Source of the DNA: Ascidiella aspersa
Taxonomy: Eukaryota
DNA length: 64,000 bases
NCBI GenBank assembly: GCA_963924565.1
Contig: OZ004611.1
Location: 30,814,001 to 30,878,000 of the forward strand
Reading direction: 5' to 3'
In this document: piece after piece, positions 62,701 through 64,000 of the stretch
Layout of the letters: every line of letters starts with the position of its first letter
How positions within the stretch are numbered: the stretch's first letter is position 1
Notes under the pieces: model-generated
What the model was told of the DNA's origin: nothing
The model's database searches: none
What the model saw: the letters and a program-made list of their open reading frames with translations, nothing else
Translations under genes and position numbers: made by a program

Positions 62701-63502
62701 GTACCGAGTACACAAAACGCGCGTTTTGACTCAAAATCTAGTAATTTTTGTTTGTCGAACTTTTCCAATCATATTGTTATTATCATATAATCGAGATATT
62801 AAGTTCGTCGCAAGTCCTAGTGTGTTGGGTACGTCTTGGGACGAAAGGTTTAAATTTTTTAAAGGATGTCCGATAAAATCGGATCGGAGCCGATACCCAA
62901 TACTGAGTGGTAGTATCGGTACTCGTCCGATGCTAGGCTAGTATCAGTGCCGATACGATACCAAATTGACATAGAAATTTCGGCCATAATTTGCAATCCA
63001 ACGCAGTGAATTCTGCCTTGAATCACTTTTGTCAATCAAACAGACCTAGTCTCTTTAAAACATTTAAAAGTCAGTAACACTTGAAAATATTAAAATGGCA
63101 GGATTAGAGAAATCATCGTATGCAACGAAAACGGTTTGCTGGGTTGACTTTTTCGATTACAAACCATTTTTTATTTTGCGTTTTTATTTCACTGTTAATA
63201 AAACACATGTTCTCTTCTATGCATTTTCTTGCAAGTTGTATTACCTGAAAAACAGCCTTAAAATCTTATACTTCCCCGCTTTTAGACAAGGTCCGCTTCT
63301 CTGGCGCACCCAGTGGTCGTCAACAGCGAGATTTGCAAGCACCAGGTGTCGCCATCGATGATGACCAGCTACCCGAAGCAGTACGCCGCTTACATGAAAG
63401 CCTGTTCCTTGGGAGAAGCCAGCTACCATCCGATTGAAGCTTGTTTGTACCAGGAAGCATTCTCCATTCACATGAGCATGATGTGGCAACCTAGAATCTG
63501 CT
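14691..63502 (+). CDS. APOB-like: Apolipoprotein B / apolipophorin-like large lipid transfer protein (LLT N-terminal module, long central region, C-terminal vWF-D and C8-like domains); 50 coding exons in window, 3' end beyond window
   Basis: Exons (listed below) join with consistent phases into an open 11,938-nt frame. Motifs match apoB/LLTP: signal peptide; GRKYTYSYEG (apoB RKYTYNYEA); CSIEMSIPYKCAGTLRATQC (CKVELEVPQLCSFILKTSQC); MSRY; EPSDVLNMKRAILSAL (EPTYILNIKRGIISAL); QECDYTL..VTCSE; LRLACYL; PTSIGLP; vWD-like VAYNG..CTYIYATD..FSIL. Confidence 0.9.
15932..15970 (+). CDS. exon 2 (39 nt)
   Basis: ttttcag|; ANPNDFFNLPTCN; |gtgagt; phase 1/1. Confidence 0.85.
16445..16541 (+). CDS. exon 3
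   Basis: PVQSFILGRKYTYSYEG...AMLR; cag|..|gtaagt. Confidence 0.92.
16855..17041 (+). CDS. exon 4
   Basis: CSIEMSIPYKC...MMSRYPIYFHFGDGK. Confidence 0.92.
17589..17744. mobile_element. Penelope-like element (family 3)
   Basis: Inverted copies of TTGAAAATGA..TCGAAACGTCCAAA; 11-bp TSD CTTACACAAAA. Confidence 0.6.
17812..17937 (+). CDS. exon 5
   Basis: IQRIF..EPSDVLNMKRAILSAL..KIQ. Confidence 0.9.
18027..18301. repeat. Decayed foldback element
   Basis: TCGCCAGCAAAGGCAGCGTCAGTATAT inverted at 18200-18226 (24/27); outer CAATTCA(A/G)GTCAG pair. Confidence 0.7.
18501..18692 (+). CDS. exon 6
   Basis: YPESNIFGAGNV...ANDL; aag| acceptor, |gtacgt. Confidence 0.85.
19564..19892. mobile_element. hAT MITE, same family, decayed
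   Basis: Shared internal blocks GGACCGAAATCAGC, CCTACCGTGGTCCAC, GGGGTCCGCGG. Confidence 0.7.
19957..20094 (+). CDS. exon 7
   Basis: VMSAAS..QECDYTL..VTCSE..FLQ. Confidence 0.9.
21080..21197 (+). CDS. exon 8
   Basis: PIMELL...RITP; |gtaagt. Confidence 0.88.
22679..22943 (+). CDS. exon 9
   Basis: GERTLIQ...LETAT; |gtgagt. Confidence 0.88.
22973..23125. repeat. ~40-bp tandem repeat, 4-5 copies
   Basis: TTTGATGTCATTGAAAAT(G/T)ACGTA repeated. Confidence 0.75.
23482..23760. mobile_element. Penelope-like element (family 3), inverted plus tandem partial copies
   Basis: Left arm inverted; two head-to-tail 3' segments ending CC(A/AG)CCATTAT(G)CT. Confidence 0.6.
23865..24078 (+). CDS. exon 10
   Basis: ALWVQILNRC...SAAL. 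Confidence 0.88.
24551..24738. mobile_element. Penelope-like element (family 2) with hammerhead-like motif at 24604-24641 (-)
   Basis: Inverted arms; tail ATGAACAGATCC; TSD TGATTAACTGT/TGATTAATTGT. Confidence 0.65.
24944..25115 (+). CDS. exon 11
   Basis: MIARTRP...RDCSLSSDVI; |gtgagt. Confidence 0.88.
25552..25718 (+). CDS. exon 12
   Basis: QHEQIMLVAVKSL...DPT; |gtaagt. Confidence 0.88.
26684..26810 (+). CDS. exon 13
   Basis: MRAQIVEIL..LRLACYL..VQEI. Confidence 0.88.
27434..27536 (+). CDS. exon 14
   Basis: VELPATPKAVQYYVKEHL...LKPS. Confidence 0.88.
28115..28442. mobile_element. hAT-type MITE
   Basis: TIR CAGGGGTGTCCAA / TTGGACACCCCT. Confidence 0.7.
28844..29060 (+). CDS. exon 15
   Basis: LIKILKK...AFIPLFVNVSIMGE. 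Confidence 0.88.
29914..30132 (+). CDS. exon 16
   Basis: MSNKNV..LFGSNGIFP..VQNE. Confidence 0.88.
30172..30365. mobile_element. Penelope-like element (family 1) with hammerhead-like motif at 30223-30263 (-)
   Basis: Inverted arms plus tail; relatives at ~30895-31100 and ~45250-45380. Confidence 0.65.
31248..31385 (+). CDS. exon 17
   Basis: ASMAY..FIKVLGTQI..RMWQ. Confidence 0.88.
31854..32068 (+). CDS. exon 18
   Basis: LSENL..VPTSIGLP..SKPI. Confidence 0.9.
32655..32837 (+). CDS. exon 19
   Basis: LRTTF...EIISFS; |gtaagt. Confidence 0.88.
33709..33829 (+). CDS. exon 20
   Basis: STPLR..CESNCLFGNC..KYQ. Confidence 0.85.
34502..34642 (+). CDS. exon 21
   Basis: ACLNQ...VEIS; aag| acceptor, weak |gtaaaa donor, phase fits. 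Confidence 0.78.
34936..35021 (+). CDS. exon 22
   Basis: VATKAS...SQLR; |gtaagc. Confidence 0.85.
35199..35421 (+). CDS. exon 23
   Basis: FEYSAG...RYFAH; |gtaagt. Confidence 0.88.
36311..36439 (+). CDS. exon 24
   Basis: HSEEAD..MELPVVGVYSLS..LRMK. Confidence 0.88.
37167..38633 (+). CDS. exon 25 (1,467 nt)
   Basis: IQKGL...TLTK; overlaps ORF 37191-38684. Confidence 0.92.
39162..40855 (+). CDS. exon 26 (1,694 nt)
   Basis: NTNCAN...LLFS; within ORF 39129-40904. Confidence 0.92.
41374..41958 (+). CDS. exon 27
   Basis: YPNTRD...QWDLW; TG|gtgggt phase 2. Confidence 0.88.
42677..43168 (+). CDS. exon 28
   Basis: YPRNPV...SIIVR. Confidence 0.9.
43335..43844 (+). CDS. exon 29
   Basis: LPNSVP...NAPF; |gtaagt. 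Confidence 0.9.
44361..44627 (+). CDS. exon 30
   Basis: ITYHTK...ATQS. Confidence 0.88.
44783..45154. mobile_element. TAGGG-terminated MITE with CCGATA sub-terminal repeats
   Basis: TAGGGAAGTCCGATA ... TATCGAACATCCCTA; related fragments ~10345-11030 and 62862-62960. Confidence 0.6.
45423..45753 (+). CDS. exon 31
   Basis: TPLLNH...CVRKE. Confidence 0.88.
46326..46442. repeat. Near-perfect 53-bp inverted repeat (hairpin)
   Basis: Arms 46326-46378/46390-46442, one mismatch, 11-nt spacer. Confidence 0.9.
46626..46805 (+). CDS. exon 32
   Basis: APRPHK...TLRT; |gtaagc. Confidence 0.88.
46820..47309. mobile_element. hAT-type element with GACTTGACTT sub-terminal repeats
   Basis: Starts CAGTGTTGTAA; 8-bp TSD CTGGTTAG (46812-46819, 47310-47317); fragments at ~20115-20491, 22250-22635, 60400-60843. 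Confidence 0.75.
48073..48346. repeat. Foldback palindrome with telomere-like GGGTTAG motifs
   Basis: GGCGCTCTTTCACTATTGTACGT...CCGCATACCACAAC..GGGTTAGG mirrored around ~48207. Confidence 0.85.
48455..48563 (+). CDS. exon 33
   Basis: RFHVTD...WNPEL; bridges phase 0 to phase 1. Confidence 0.82.
48973..49219. mobile_element. hAT-type MITE
   Basis: TIR CAGTGCTTCTTAA / TTAAGAAACACTG; internal TTCACCC repeats. Confidence 0.65.
49347..49518 (+). CDS. exon 34
   Basis: AYQVMG...ITCPK. Confidence 0.86.
50250..50369 (+). CDS. exon 35
   Basis: CDKVL...IMAT; aag|, |gtaagg; phase 2/2. Confidence 0.8.
50872..51010 (+). mobile_element. tRNA-derived SINE head or tRNA pseudogene
   Basis: A-box-like TAGCTCAGTTAATAGAGC (50879-50896); B box GAGTTCGAACC in T-arm TGAG/CTCA; acceptor stem not intact. 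Confidence 0.6.
51109..51307 (+). CDS. exon 36
   Basis: IPIRPV...CICNKLE. Confidence 0.86.
51981..52109 (+). CDS. exon 37
   Basis: GETLGP...TIKQ. Confidence 0.86.
52660..52762 (+). CDS. exon 38
   Basis: ELGIHN...MMAA. Confidence 0.84.
52850..53045. mobile_element. Penelope-like element (family 3), decayed
   Basis: TATCAAAGCCCATACAGAAGTAG arm inverted against CCTACTTCTGTATGGTCTTTGA. Confidence 0.55.
53211..53328 (+). CDS. exon 39
   Basis: EANSIP...TSVT; |gtaagt. Confidence 0.86.
53753..53869 (+). CDS. exon 40 (GC donor; alternative GT end at 53881)
   Basis: MPELEQ...WNIR; AG|gcaaga or TT|gtaaaa, both phase 2. Confidence 0.78.
   Translation, partial: NARVGAAHESSRLAESKRRYFAHHQQQPNDENYRQLEH
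54275..54449 (+). CDS. exon 41
   Basis: TMRFVS...CHVT; |gtaaga. Confidence 0.86.
55024..55173 (+). CDS. exon 42
   Basis: KNGNRV...KRDLTR; |gtgagt. Confidence 0.86.
56426..56730. mobile_element. hAT MITE, same family
   Basis: CAGGGGTTCTTCAACTGGGGTCC start; same internal blocks. Confidence 0.72.
56846..56999 (+). CDS. exon 43
   Basis: GLKFVF...EYYF; |gtaagt. Confidence 0.87.
57685..57857 (+). CDS. exon 44
   Basis: EAMRSV...FYNK. Confidence 0.85.
58906..58992 (+). CDS. exon 45
   Basis: IKKSLI...NYAE. Confidence 0.8.
59047..59220. mobile_element. Penelope-like element (family 3) with U3-A8 hammerhead-like motif at 59107-59142 (+)
   Basis: Inverted arms; tail ending CCATTATGCTCCAAAGTT; flanking repeat AGTTTGTTTTAA(A/T)AC 59034-59048/59217-59231. 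Confidence 0.65.
59791..59923 (+). CDS. exon 46
   Basis: NVYLVH...VAIQ; |gtaaga. Confidence 0.85.
60447..60780. mobile_element. hAT MITE, same family, with perfect TSD
   Basis: TIRs CAGGGGTTCTTAAACT / AGTTTAACAACCACTG; TSD ATTTAAAA on both sides. Confidence 0.85.
60897..61073 (+). CDS. exon 47 (start of vWF-D-like domain)
   Basis: GQPAYY..VVAYNGEYIQLP..CTYIYATD..FSIL..NIIL. Confidence 0.88.
61801..62015 (+). CDS. exon 48
   Basis: ALPGKL...RIIK. Confidence 0.84.
62522..62686 (+). CDS. exon 49 (vWF-D-like C-terminal part)
   Basis: LLNPELNCVAGAIGAYSN..LPNG..LAAYSL..C..PM. Confidence 0.87.
63286..63502 (+). CDS. exon 50 (C8-like Cys module)
   Basis: TRSASL..CKHQVSP..YMKAC..ACLY..RIC; T|gtgagt, gene continues beyond window. 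Confidence 0.85.
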
Positions 63503-64000
63503 GTGAGTCGTCTAACACTTGTTTAAGAACACTTTTAAAAGTGGCGGCAATGCTTAAACGCCTAAAACAGTGTTTCTCAACCTTTTTTCAGGGCGATCTG
63601 AAAACTCAAGTACAACATAGAAGCCTTAGCGAAACTATTCTCTCAACTGATTTTTTTAAATAGAAAAAAACATAAGAAGTTAGCATTGATCAGTGAACAT
63701 TTAATTAATCTAAATATTGCCTCCGCAACATTCTCAATATATCAGATTTAAGCATTTAAGCTAATTTAACCAGAATTCGTTTTCTTAACCTGGGACAAAT
63801 TCTCTCTGGTGGCCCATCAGCATATAATATTTTAATTAAACTGAAAGTTATGTCTACTGATTAGAAGCGACACAAAACGTGCGATGTTCCACGTTCCATT
63901 TCTTAAACGCCCTGAAATACCGTAGACCGGCGTAAAAATTAAAAAAAAAATTTCCCTGTAATTTTACGCTTTCAGCAATTCGCACACATTAAAAAGAGTA

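Overview
AT-rich animal genomic DNA; the compact introns and MITE content suggest an invertebrate chordate, possibly a tunicate (inference only). The window is dominated by one large plus-strand gene traced by hand through 50 phase-consistent coding exons (14691-63502; 11,938 nt, about 3,979 codons; no stop codon, so it continues past the window). It encodes a secreted large lipid transfer protein. The N-terminus is strongly apolipoprotein B-like (signal peptide, 39-nt exon 2, RKYTYSYE, conserved disulfide Cys). It is followed by a very long, unusually Cys-rich central region and a C-terminal vWF-D plus C8-like module that vertebrate apoB lacks. Upstream (1-14.6 kb) is non-coding, with a TATA/Inr core promoter and a cluster of HNF4-type (CAAAGTCCA/DR1) sites. 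Introns and intergenic DNA contain hAT- and Harbinger-type MITEs, foldbacks, a tRNA-derived SINE head, and many decayed tandem duplications, several of which copy splice junctions. The most striking hidden signal is a set of about 11 short elements in three families. Most have inverted arms and a ~30-nt tail, five have 11-15 bp target-site duplications, and most carry minimal hammerhead-ribozyme motifs, as in Penelope-like retroelements. One family has the compensatory U3-A8 core (UUGAAAA). Comparisons with human APOB are from recall and need database confirmation.
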